Positions 37,174 through 45,052 of a stretch of 64,000 bases of DNA are shown piece after piece. Under the pieces are notes generated by a model, which ran no database searches, was not told where the DNA came from, and was given only the letters and a program-made list of their open reading frames with translations. The stretch comes from Bacteroidota bacterium. GTDB lineage: Bacteria > Bacteroidota > Bacteroidia > Chitinophagales > LD1. How positions within the stretch are numbered: the first letter of the stretch is position 1; each line of letters begins with the position of its first letter. A program made the position numbers and the translations under genes. The DNA lies in assembly GCA_947479455.1 (NCBI GenBank), contig CANJZE010000002.1:98222-162221 (forward strand), in the 5' to 3' direction.

Positions 37174-39078
37174 TTAGTGAATAACCACTTTGGAGTTCAG
37201 TCTTCCTTTGGGGGTTTCGAGAACAATAAAGTAAACGCCCTTATTCAGCGAAGTCAAATCTAACTCTTCTGTATAGTCGCCTGAGAAATTTAGAATTGGC
37301 TTGTCAAGCACTGTTTGTCCAATCATGTCTTCCAAGTGAAGGCGAATGTTTTGTGTTTCTTCTGTGGTAAATTTCAACGTAAATTTTCCGTTGTTAGGGT
37401 TTGGATAAACATTCAAATTATAAGCTGAGTTGAACGTGATTTCGTCATAGCCGGTCACATTAACAGTATCGGGGTTAGCAACCGTGCGGCACGATGGATA
37501 TGCAACGCTATAAACTTCGGCTGTGTATATTCCATTTCCCAAATACGCTAGAAATTTACCGTGTTGACCTACCACTAAACTTCCGTTATAAAACCAATCT
37601 ACTGCAAGGCCAGCAGGAAAAGGAGAAACAAAAGTGGAGGTACCGTTAAACACAACATTGATGGTAGCTGGTGGAGATTGTATTCTCACAACCGACTTCC
37701 AATCCGATTCGGCAACGCAACCGGTTGTTTGGTTGGTTACTTTAACTTTGTATTTACCTGCGAGATTCGTATAGAGCGCGGAATCATTTACACCATTAAT
37801 ATAAATGCTATCGCGATACCATTCGAAATTACAACCAGGGTAACCTGCACCAATAGAAAGACGTGTGCTGTCGGTGGAGCAGATAGTATCGGCTCCTGCT
37901 AAAATTACAGGAGTAACTGGAGTTGGATTTACAATAACATGTAAGGTGTCGCTTAGCACAATTCCGGGTATAGTATCGAAACGAACATTGCCGTTAGCGT
38001 TATTTGTGTTACCCGCCAATACCTGTAAACCTAAAGCAACAGAGCATGTCATCGTTTCCAAATCATCATCAGCCAAACCAAATAGAGCAATGGTGGTAGA
38101 TGTATTTCCGCAGAGGTCATCATCCCAAAGTTCCATGGTTAATGCAGTGGTGCCAAAAGGCACCGGATAGTTTAAATTACTCCATGATGGTGTTGTGGTG
38201 GATGGCGCAGAATTACTACAGTCATTTGTAGTACCCAAAGCACCAACTACCATATACGGTTCGGGGTCTTGAATAGCAGATGCCTCATTCCAATCAGTAT
38301 ACCAACCATGGTCAATGCCATAAATGCTAATTGACTTAACGGTGTATTGATAGAAAACTGTATTCAAAATAATATCGAAGGTATCAGGTACACTAGTGGT
38401 GTTAGTAAATCGGTAAACGCCAGGGTCCTTACCTTCGTAAGATGTTCCATCAATATTCCAATACCAACGAGTCATATTAGGTAATTGAGCTGTACGGGTA
38501 GCGTGTAAATCAACTGTAATACTGTCGCAAGCACTTGACCCATTATTTCCATAAGTAAAGGAGGTAACTCCTGCAACTGTATCGGGTAAAACCCATAAAG
38601 TATCAAAGTATTGCTGTGCTACGTTGTCTTGATTTACATCGCCAATAGGCGTTCCATGTGCGGTTACATCAGCATAAAGATGTACTGAAATTACATATAC
38701 TCCTGGAACCAAAGCCGTTCCGCAAAAATGGGCGCAGCCAATTGAATCCCCTCCGGCTACATCGAAATAACTACCGTTTGAAATAGCATAAGTGATACCA
38801 CCTGGCAAACCGCTTACACCGGCTACAGTAATATGACGAAGATTAACCGATGAGCACTGACACAAAGCCAACACACTAGGATCGGTTAATAATTGAGGCA
38901 TGAAAAAGTTTAATTGCTTGTCGTAAGGATGATTGGCATAAGCGGTATCGAGACGATTGCACAATCCACCACTGGGAGGGCAGGTATTAAACACCGGAGT
39001 ACACATAGAACATTGTGCAAAAATTTGCTGAATACCGAAAACAGAAATTACCAGAACTAAAAGGAGAATTCTTTTCAT
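37174..39078 (-). CDS. T9SS type A cargo, extended paralog 3 (634 aa) with additional Ig-like domains
   Basis: Signal peptide MKRILLLVLVISVFGIQQIFAQ. The N-domain has SGLPGGITYA...GCAHFCGT...GVYVISV, related to paralogs 1 and 2. C-terminal domain: VYPNPNNGKFTL...GVYFIVL...KVVIH. Confidence 0.8.
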   Translation of the reverse strand: MKRILLLVLVISVFGIQQIFAQCSMCTPVFNTCPPSGGLCNRLDTAYANHPYDKQLNFFMPQLLTDPSVLALCQCSSVNLRHITVAGVSGLPGGITYAISNGSYFDVAGGDSIGCAHFCGTALVPGVYVISVHLYADVTAHGTPIGDVNQDNVAQQYFDTLWVLPDTVAGVTSFTYGNNGSSACDSITVDLHATRTAQLPNMTRWYWNIDGTSYEGKDPGVYRFTNTTSVPDTFDIILNTVFYQYTVKSISIYGIDHGWYTDWNEASAIQDPEPYMVVGALGTTNDCSNSAPSTTTPSWSNLNYPVPFGTTALTMELWDDDLCGNTSTTIALFGLADDDLETMTCSVALGLQVLAGNTNNANGNVRFDTIPGIVLSDTLHVIVNPTPVTPVILAGADTICSTDSTRLSIGAGYPGCNFEWYRDSIYINGVNDSALYTNLAGKYKVKVTNQTTGCVAESDWKSVVRIQSPPATINVVFNGTSTFVSPFPAGLAVDWFYNGSLVVGQHGKFLAYLGNGIYTAEVYSVAYPSCRTVANPDTVNVTGYDEITFNSAYNLNVYPNPNNGKFTLKFTTEETQNIRLHLEDMIGQTVLDKPILNFSGDYTEELDLTSLNKGVYFIVLETPKGRLNSKVVIH

Positions 39079-39284
39079 GCTTAATTTTTTGAGCTGTCAA
39101 ATATAAAGATGTAAAGCAATTGGCGTTGGTGGCATGATTTGAGCATAATAAGAAGTGGGTTTGTTTCGTTTTTTGCGCGTATGGATCCAATTCGTAGGAA
39201 GCTGAAAATCATTTTTCACGATTCGTGTCGCTGTTTTTGTTTCAAAGGGAACTGTGCAACGCTATAACAACGCCCAAATGAAGT

Positions 39285-39437
39285 GAATGGGTTGTGACGA
39301 CCAAACCAATGGCGTTTGTGCCTAATGGCACATCAACCCGCCAATGAAAGTTTGTAGGGCGAGGTGAAGGGAGCCTGGGCGTTTGAAAAAATGCGGAGCT
39401 GAATGCTGAGTGCGAGAAGGAGGATTTTTCGAAGTAT
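39285..39437 (-). pseudogene. decayed fragment homologous to the 5' end of the PAP2 phosphatase gene at 48951
   Basis: Hand alignment of the minus strand to 48951..49097 gives about 115 of 140 identical positions. ATG is replaced by ATA at 39437..39435. One extra G frameshifts the reading frame, giving a premature TGA at 39335..39333. The translation LLLALSIQLRIFSNAQAPFTSPYKLSLA compares with LLLALCIQLSIYSNAQAPFTSPYKLSLA. Confidence 0.8.
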
Positions 39438-39458
39438 GGTGCAATTTAGGATTTCATG

Positions 39459-39731
39459 CTATGGGAAATAGGCATAGATATCTTTTCTGTCCATGAAGCG
39501 AAGAAGAAGGAGCGTTTCCTTTTCTTGTTTTAAACCAAGACGATAGTTGCCTACACGAATGCGATAATAACTTCCTTTCGCTTTCATTTTTTTGACGTTG
39601 CGTATTTCGGAAAGTGAAGAACAGTTTTCCATCTCCTCAATAAGTGTATTTACCTGCTGTGCCAGTTTTTTGTTGGAGATTTTTTCAATGTCTTTTTCAA
39701 AAGATTTTTGAACCTCTATTTCATTTTGCAG
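39459..39731 (-). CDS. RelE/ParE-family toxin homolog (~90 aa) lacking an ATG/GTG/TTG start; possible CTG start or an inactivated gene
   Basis: Hand translation: (L)QNEIEVQKSFEKDIEKISNKKLAQQVNTLIEEMENCSSLSEIRNVKKMKAKGSYYRIRVGNYRLGLKQEKETLLLLRFMDRKDIYAYFP. The YRIRVGNYR...HRKDIY-like core is typical of RelE/ParE toxins. The frame is open only from 39755. It is absent from the ORF track. Confidence 0.65.
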   Translation of the reverse strand: MQNEIEVQKSFEKDIEKISNKKLAQQVNTLIEEMENCSSLSEIRNVKKMKAKGSYYRIRVGNYRLGLKQEKETLLLLRFMDRKDIYAYFP

Positions 39732-39864
39732 AAGCCACTTTTGAAAGATGTGCTTTTACTTTACTCAAACTTCCTTTAGCCGATTGCTCAGCTTCTTTAA
39801 GAGCGGTCATAAATGCCATATCTTCCATTTCATCGCTCGAAAGAGTAGATGCCTCTTTCTTCAT
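39721..39864 (-). CDS. 47-aa ORF upstream of and overlapping the RelE-like gene; candidate antitoxin
   Basis: Hand translation: MKKEASTLSSDEMEDMAFMTALKEAEQSAKGSLSKVKAHLSKVASAK. Its TGA at 39723..39721 overlaps the toxin frame by 11 nt. It is below the ORF-track cutoff. Confidence 0.4.
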   Translation of the reverse strand: MKKEASTLSSDEMEDMAFMTALKEAEQSAKGSLSKVKAHLSKVASAK

Positions 39865-40064
39865 TTTCTTTAGAAGGCTAAGAAAAAAAGTGGTTTCACT
39901 TTTTGATGCTGACGGTATGAGGATTTATTCCATGCGATTCTGTATTGACAGTGCAAATGTAGAGTTTTCTTTTTCAGTTTTTACAACAGTCCAAACTACA
40001 AGTAAAAAAATCATTCTAACACTAACTTCTGTTTCCATTCATGCTCTTTACCGCTTACGGTAAC

Positions 40065-40098
40065 AAAATAAAAAAGCCTCTCGGGTTTTCGAGGGGCT
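40065..40098 (-). terminator. intrinsic terminator closing the lpx operon transcript
   Basis: Minus strand: GCCCCTCG-AAAACC-CGAGAGGC followed by TTTTTTATTTT. Confidence 0.65.
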
Positions 40099-40253
40099 AG
40101 TTGGTTTGAGTTTGAATAAACGAAGTCACAGACTTCGGTTTACTTAAATTTCCAAGTCATTCCCGCTGAAACAGGCGGGATGAAACACCTTCGGAAGACT
40201 TGGAACAGCGGGACTTACATTTATCATTTCAGTCGGGACGCGTCCTAATGATT

Positions 40254-41045
40254 TTATTCTTCGCTCGAACTCTTGAAGCCCTTCATAATGCCGCGCACAG
40301 ATTCGCGGATGAAGTTGACGATTTCGTCTTTGTCGGCACTTGATTCAATATCGGCATCAATGTATTTGAGGGCGGTGCTGGTGTTGAAGCCGCGGATGTA
40401 GAGTATGCGGTAAACATCGAGTATCTCGTTGATTTGCTCGGTGGAGTAGCCGCGTCTGCGCAGGCCAATGGAGTTGACACCCGCGTAAGTAGTAGGGTGG
40501 CGGGCAGCGCGCACAAAAGGCGGAATATCTTTATTGACTAAGCAGCCGCCACTCACAATTACGTGGCGACCTATTTTTACAAATTGCTGAAAGTTTGTGG
40601 AGCCACCGAGGATGGTGTAATCGCCTACTTCTACATGCCCTGCAAGGTTGGCGTTGTTTGCCAGCACGCAGTTGTTGCCTATAACGCAGTCGTGTGCAAT
40701 GTGCACGTAAGCCATCAGCAAGGTGTTGTTGCCAATAACGGTTTTCATAGAGGCTTCTGTTCCTTTGTTTACGGTAACGTATTCGCGAATGGTTACGTTA
40801 TCGCCAATAACTACCTGCGATTTTTCGCCTTTGTATTTTAAATCCTGAGGAATGGCAGAGATAACGGAGCCCGGAAATATTTTGCAATTTTTGCCAATGC
40901 GGGCACCTTCCATAATGGTTACGTGCGGACCAATCCAGGTGCCTTCGCCTACTATCACATCTTTGGAAATAGTTACAAAGGGCTCTACCACTACGTTATC
41001 GGCAACTTCGGCTTGGGGGTGTATGTAAGAGAAGGGTTGGTTCAT
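40254..41045 (-). CDS. lpxA: acyl-ACP--UDP-N-acetylglucosamine O-acyltransferase
   Basis: 263 aa. Hexapeptide repeats and an LpxA-type C-terminal helical domain (NSIGLRRRGYS). Confidence 0.93.
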   Translation of the reverse strand: MNQPFSYIHPQAEVADNVVVEPFVTISKDVIVGEGTWIGPHVTIMEGARIGKNCKIFPGSVISAIPQDLKYKGEKSQVVIGDNVTIREYVTVNKGTEASMKTVIGNNTLLMAYVHIAHDCVIGNNCVLANNANLAGHVEVGDYTILGGSTNFQQFVKIGRHVIVSGGCLVNKDIPPFVRAARHPTTYAGVNSIGLRRRGYSTEQINEILDVYRILYIRGFNTSTALKYIDADIESSADKDEIVNFIRESVRGIMKGFKSSSEE

Positions 41046-41051
41046 TAAAAC

Positions 41052-41088
41052 AAATGAGTAAATGAGTAAATGAGTAAATGAGTAAATG
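41052..41088. repeat. tandem 8-mer (AAATGAGT x4 plus a partial unit) 7 nt upstream of the lpxA start codon
   Basis: Read directly. It is followed by imperfectly complementary TCAAT-rich sequence. Confidence 0.8.
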
Positions 41089-41131
41089 GGAGAGGCAATC
41101 GGATTATCATTTGTTCAATTTGCTAATTCGT

Positions 41132-42547
41132 TCAATTTACTAATTCCGGTTTGCGTTGAATCTTTGCCATCATTTCTGCTTCGCTTACTAATTTGTTCCC
41201 AACGTAAGCACTTCCTCTCATTTCAATAAATCCTCTGCGCATGGGCGCAATCAATTCCATTTTAAACAGAACAGTATCGCCTGGCACTACTTTATTTTTA
41301 AACTTCACTTTATCAATCTTGATAAAATAAGTATCGTAATTCTGCGGGTCGGGAAGCTTATGTAACACTAAAATACCACCGGTTTGCGCCATAGCTTCTA
41401 ACTGCAATACACCGGGCATAATGGGGTTACCGGGGAAGTGACCACGAAAGAATTCTTCGTTCATGGTTACATTTTTAACACCTACAACTTCATTTTCGTT
41501 TAGCGAAATAATTTTATCAATCAATAAAAATGGATAGCGATGCGGAAGAATTTTTTCAATTCCTGTGGCATCGTAAACAGGCGGAACGTTTTGGTCGTAA
41601 GCAGGCGCAGGGTCTTTTAAACGTTCTTGTTTAATGTGCTGCTTTAGAACTTTGGCAAATTCTACATTGTGTTTATGTCCGGGTTTAGTGGCAATAATGT
41701 TTGCATTAATAGGTGTTCCTATCAATCCTAAATCACCAATTACATCTAAAAGTTTGTGGCGAGCCGGTTCGTTGTGATGATGCAATTCTACATTGTTCAA
41801 AATGCCTTCTTCCACTACTTTAATATCGGGCTTGTTGAATAAGGCTGCGAGTTTCACGCGCTCTTCTTCGCTAACGGGTTTGTCAACTACTATAATGGCA
41901 TTATTCAAATCGCCACCGCGAATTAAACCTGCATCGTAAAGCATTTCTAATTCATGCAGAAAGCAAAAGGTGCGGCTTGGAGCAATTTCTTTTTTGAAAT
42001 CATTTACCTTATCGAGCGTAGCGTGTTGCTGACCTAGCACTTCGCTTTTGTAATCGATAAGTGCCGTTACTTTGTAACGGTTCGAAGGCATGGCGAGATA
42101 TTCAACGCCACTGTCTTTATCTGCATAATGAATATTCTGACGTAATTCAAAAATATCGCGCTCTTCGCTTTGTTCCTGAATGCCTGCTTTTTCTAAGGCT
42201 TCCACAAAATATCTTGCACTGCCATCCATAATTGGAATTTCGATGCCGTCAACCTGCACCAAACAATTATCAATTTGCAAACCAATTAGCGAACTCATTA
42301 AATGCTCAACGGTGGCTACCATGGCATTCCCTTTTTCTAAAGTTGTACCGCGCTGAACGGTAGTTACTAAATCGCAATCGGCATTGATGATGGGCTTTTC
42401 AGGTAAATCAATACGCTGAAACTTAATGCCGTGGTTGGGTGGAGCAGGAAGAAATTTCACCGTCACATTTTGACCCGTGTGTAAGCCAACGCCTGTGAGC
42501 GAAACCTCTTGTTTTATAGTTTGTTGTAAAGAATGCGTCATTAACAA
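41132..42547 (-). CDS. lpxC: bifunctional UDP-3-O-acyl-GlcNAc deacetylase / 3-hydroxyacyl-ACP dehydratase (LpxC-FabZ fusion)
   Basis: 471 aa. N-terminal LpxC (TGVGLHTG, HKHNVEF region) and C-terminal FabZ hot-dog domain (LPHRYPFLLIDKI, FRGHFPGNPIMPGVL). Confidence 0.93.
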   Translation of the reverse strand: MLMTHSLQQTIKQEVSLTGVGLHTGQNVTVKFLPAPPNHGIKFQRIDLPEKPIINADCDLVTTVQRGTTLEKGNAMVATVEHLMSSLIGLQIDNCLVQVDGIEIPIMDGSARYFVEALEKAGIQEQSEERDIFELRQNIHYADKDSGVEYLAMPSNRYKVTALIDYKSEVLGQQHATLDKVNDFKKEIAPSRTFCFLHELEMLYDAGLIRGGDLNNAIIVVDKPVSEEERVKLAALFNKPDIKVVEEGILNNVELHHHNEPARHKLLDVIGDLGLIGTPINANIIATKPGHKHNVEFAKVLKQHIKQERLKDPAPAYDQNVPPVYDATGIEKILPHRYPFLLIDKIISLNENEVVGVKNVTMNEEFFRGHFPGNPIMPGVLQLEAMAQTGGILVLHKLPDPQNYDTYFIKIDKVKFKNKVVPGDTVLFKMELIAPMRRGFIEMRGSAYVGNKLVSEAEMMAKIQRKPELVN

Positions 42548-42590
42548 TTTCTAAAGGGTGACAAAACTATTTATTTACCTGACTTTACTA

Positions 42591-42669
42591 TTTAAAATTG
42601 AAGATTGAAGATTGAAGATTCTATCCCTGTTGCACTTCGGCTGTTTAATCTTCAATCTTCAATTTTAAA
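42591..42669. repeat. perfect 23-bp inverted repeat built from GAAGATT heptamers, between lpxD and lpxC-fabZ
   Basis: TTTAAAATTGAAGATTGAAGATT(GAAGATT), a 26-nt loop, then AATCTTCAATCTTCAATTTTAAA. It begins 4 nt after the lpxD stop codon. Confidence 0.85.
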
Positions 42670-42672
42670 TTT

Positions 42673-43707
42673 TCACTTGTTTTCCAGTTTCTTCTCCAAA
42701 TCTTTCACCCGCTGAATTAACTGCGGCAAAATTTTCATGGAAGCTAAAATGCGGTAATGCTCACGTGCATCAATAGCCGGTGCACCCGAAACACCTTTTC
42801 CTTTTTCAGTAATGTCGCGAATAACCGCAGCTTGCGCTTGAATCTTTACACCATCGGCAATATTCAAATGACCGGTAATGCCTGCCTGTCCGCCAATCAT
42901 TACGTTCTTTCCAAATTTTGTAGAGCCGGAAATTCCTGCTTGCGCGGCAATAACGGTGTTGTCACCTATCTCTACGTTGTGTGCTACCTGAATTAAATTA
43001 TCCAGTTTAACTCCGTCACCAATTTTGGTTGAACCCATCACCGCGCGGTCAATGCAAGTGTTTGCACCAATTTCTACATCGTTGCCTACAATTACATTTC
43101 CTGTCTGTGGAATTTTTTTGAAAACACCATCGGGCTGAGGAGCAAAACCAAAACCATCGCTGCCTATTACACAACCCGAATGAAGAATTGTTCTGCTACC
43201 TATTTTGCAATCGTGGTAAACAGAAACGCTGGCGTAGATAATTGTGTCGTCACCTACCGCTGCATTATCGCCAATAAAACAATTAGGATAGATGGTTACG
43301 TTCTTTCCAATCTTTACGTTCTCACCCACATAACTGAAACTGCCGAGGTGAAAATTTTCTCCGTAAGTTGAATTCTTGCCTATGTGTGCATGCTCTTCAA
43401 TACCCGAAGTTTTTGCATTGCCATTCATGGAAGCATAGAGTTCCATCAATTTTTGAAACGCCTGATATGGTTCTTTAACACGAAGCGCAGCAGCGATATT
43501 CGTTGCGTTGTATTCAAGTGTTTCATCGCAAAGAAGAATACCCGCCTTTGCAGTTTGCGCATAATGAAAATATTTTGGATTGCCGAGAAAGCAGAAAGAA
43601 TCCTTATCGGCTTCTTCAATTTTGGCGAGTTTATTCACCCTCGCTTCGGGGTTTCCTTCCAGTTTTGCGCTTAACAAAACCGCTAATTCCTTCGCTGTAA
43701 TCTCCAT
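42673..43707 (-). CDS. lpxD: UDP-3-O-(3-hydroxyacyl)glucosamine N-acyltransferase
   Basis: ~344 aa from the ATG at 43707 (MEITAKELA...). LpxD N-terminal domain plus hexapeptide repeats. The ORF-track start at 43728 adds 7 residues. Confidence 0.92.
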   Translation of the reverse strand: MEITAKELAVLLSAKLEGNPEARVNKLAKIEEADKDSFCFLGNPKYFHYAQTAKAGILLCDETLEYNATNIAAALRVKEPYQAFQKLMELYASMNGNAKTSGIEEHAHIGKNSTYGENFHLGSFSYVGENVKIGKNVTIYPNCFIGDNAAVGDDTIIYASVSVYHDCKIGSRTILHSGCVIGSDGFGFAPQPDGVFKKIPQTGNVIVGNDVEIGANTCIDRAVMGSTKIGDGVKLDNLIQVAHNVEIGDNTVIAAQAGISGSTKFGKNVMIGGQAGITGHLNIADGVKIQAQAAVIRDITEKGKGVSGAPAIDAREHYRILASMKILPQLIQRVKDLEKKLENK

Positions 43708-43780
43708 CTCGGGTTCTTGAATATGCACGTTTAACGCGCCTATTTTTTTTTATTGTGTGTGCGAAGAAAATATTTTTCAA

Positions 43781-45016
43781 CTATGGCTTAACGGCCAACC
43801 GGGCCAAAGCCAGCATAAATCTTTTACCGGCATTGCCTCTGTTTCCGTATTTACTACCCTTGCGGAAACTGTCGAAATAGAGTTGAGAATACATGGAAGC
43901 AAAAGCAGCACACTTATTATGTCCGTATTTTTTACCTGCATCTTGCAGCAGAACATGCTTGGCGCCAAGTTTCTTCATTCCATCACGAGCCACAAACGAG
44001 TTTTTATAATTAACCTGTTCATCTTTATCGCAGTAACAAAGCTGAATAGGGTTTTCTGGTTTCCAGTAGCAAAGTGAATTATCTGCCAGTGCTTTATTAA
44101 GAATGAAATTAGGGTCGGTAAGAAACAGGTTGACAAAGGTATCGCGGACCATATCTTTTGGAATTTCAGGTAATACTTTATCTATATCTCTAAAGCTATG
44201 CGAACCGTCAAACATGGCGGGTATAATAGAATCATACGGAGCTTTGTAAATGATATTGATATCAGGAACCATTTTGTAAACCTCGTTTAGTCCACGCAAA
44301 ATAAAAGGCAAGTAATGCGGGTGACCATACTTTCTGAACATAACCTCGCTTTGCACACCCACCATATCATATGCTCCACTATTACCGGAAGTTGCGGTTA
44401 CTTTTAAATCAGGATAGCTTTCCTGAATGTATTTATTGGTAGCCACAGCTGCATAACCACCTTCGGAGTAACCGGTTAAAAAGAGTTGGCTGTTTATTTC
44501 AAACTTCAATGAGTCTTTTAATTCGCGCGCTGCATAAATCATATCTACACTGGCCTGACCCAGCGATTTATACTGCTGATACAGGTGAAACTTATCGCCA
44601 TGACCTAAACCGATATAATCGGGCTGAAGAACCAGGTAACCGTCAACCGCTAAACCAAGGCATATATAATCTACTCCGCCAATATCTTTCTTCCTACCTT
44701 TCTCCACACGCGTTCCGTGATGGTAGACTACTTCAGCCATTGGTTTATTATATCCACGGGGTATAAATACCAAACCTGAAGCCAGTATGCAGGAGCTATC
44801 TATCCAGCAGGTTTTATAGGTGATGTCATAAATATCTACATCGTACTTGGGATTTAACATGGCTTTGGGAACATGATTTTTTTTCATTTTCTCCTGCAGT
44901 TCCTCTTTGGTAACCGTGTTCCAAAGTTTACAGGAGATAAGTTTATTACCGATAAAATCTAAGGCAAATGTTTGGAGAGAAATTACGAGAGATAGGAAAA
45001 GAAGGATTTGTTTCAT
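43781..45016 (-). CDS. secreted alpha/beta hydrolase (lipase/esterase-like)
   Basis: 411 aa with a signal peptide and a nucleophile elbow GYSEGG. Confidence 0.65.
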   Translation of the reverse strand: MKQILLFLSLVISLQTFALDFIGNKLISCKLWNTVTKEELQEKMKKNHVPKAMLNPKYDVDIYDITYKTCWIDSSCILASGLVFIPRGYNKPMAEVVYHHGTRVEKGRKKDIGGVDYICLGLAVDGYLVLQPDYIGLGHGDKFHLYQQYKSLGQASVDMIYAARELKDSLKFEINSQLFLTGYSEGGYAAVATNKYIQESYPDLKVTATSGNSGAYDMVGVQSEVMFRKYGHPHYLPFILRGLNEVYKMVPDINIIYKAPYDSIIPAMFDGSHSFRDIDKVLPEIPKDMVRDTFVNLFLTDPNFILNKALADNSLCYWKPENPIQLCYCDKDEQVNYKNSFVARDGMKKLGAKHVLLQDAGKKYGHNKCAAFASMYSQLYFDSFRKGSKYGNRGNAGKRFMLALARLAVKP

Positions 45017-45052
45017 TTATTGTTTTGAAAAATTATTGGAAGATTTAGAAGA

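Noticed and set aside
39262-39395. A GC-richer stretch with long-range complementary ends (AACGCCCA...TGGGCGTT), an internal GGGTTG...CAACCC pairing and a GTGCC-TAAT-GGCAC hairpin. It first looked like a structured ncRNA or riboswitch in the leader of the 634-aa T9SS gene.
   Set aside because: Minus-strand translation and alignment show it is a decayed copy of the PAP2 gene 5' end, reported separately as a pseudogene. The pairings are probably incidental.
39644-40063. 139-aa plus-strand ORF from the track.
   Set aside because: It lies antisense to the RelE-like/antitoxin pair and their upstream region. It has low-complexity Phe/Ser-rich composition and no recognisable motifs.
40140-40215. 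Possible small SRP (4.5S) RNA, because of GGAA and CAGCGGGA-like motifs in a hairpin-rich region.
   Set aside because: The conserved domain IV sequence (…GGUCC-GGAA-GGAAGCAGC…) is not present and the overall fold does not fit. It is kept only as an unassigned structured region.
41052-41088. Tandem repeats considered as a possible CRISPR-like or minisatellite array.
   Set aside because: The units are only 8 nt with no spacers, so this is a microsatellite, not CRISPR. No cas genes occur in the window.
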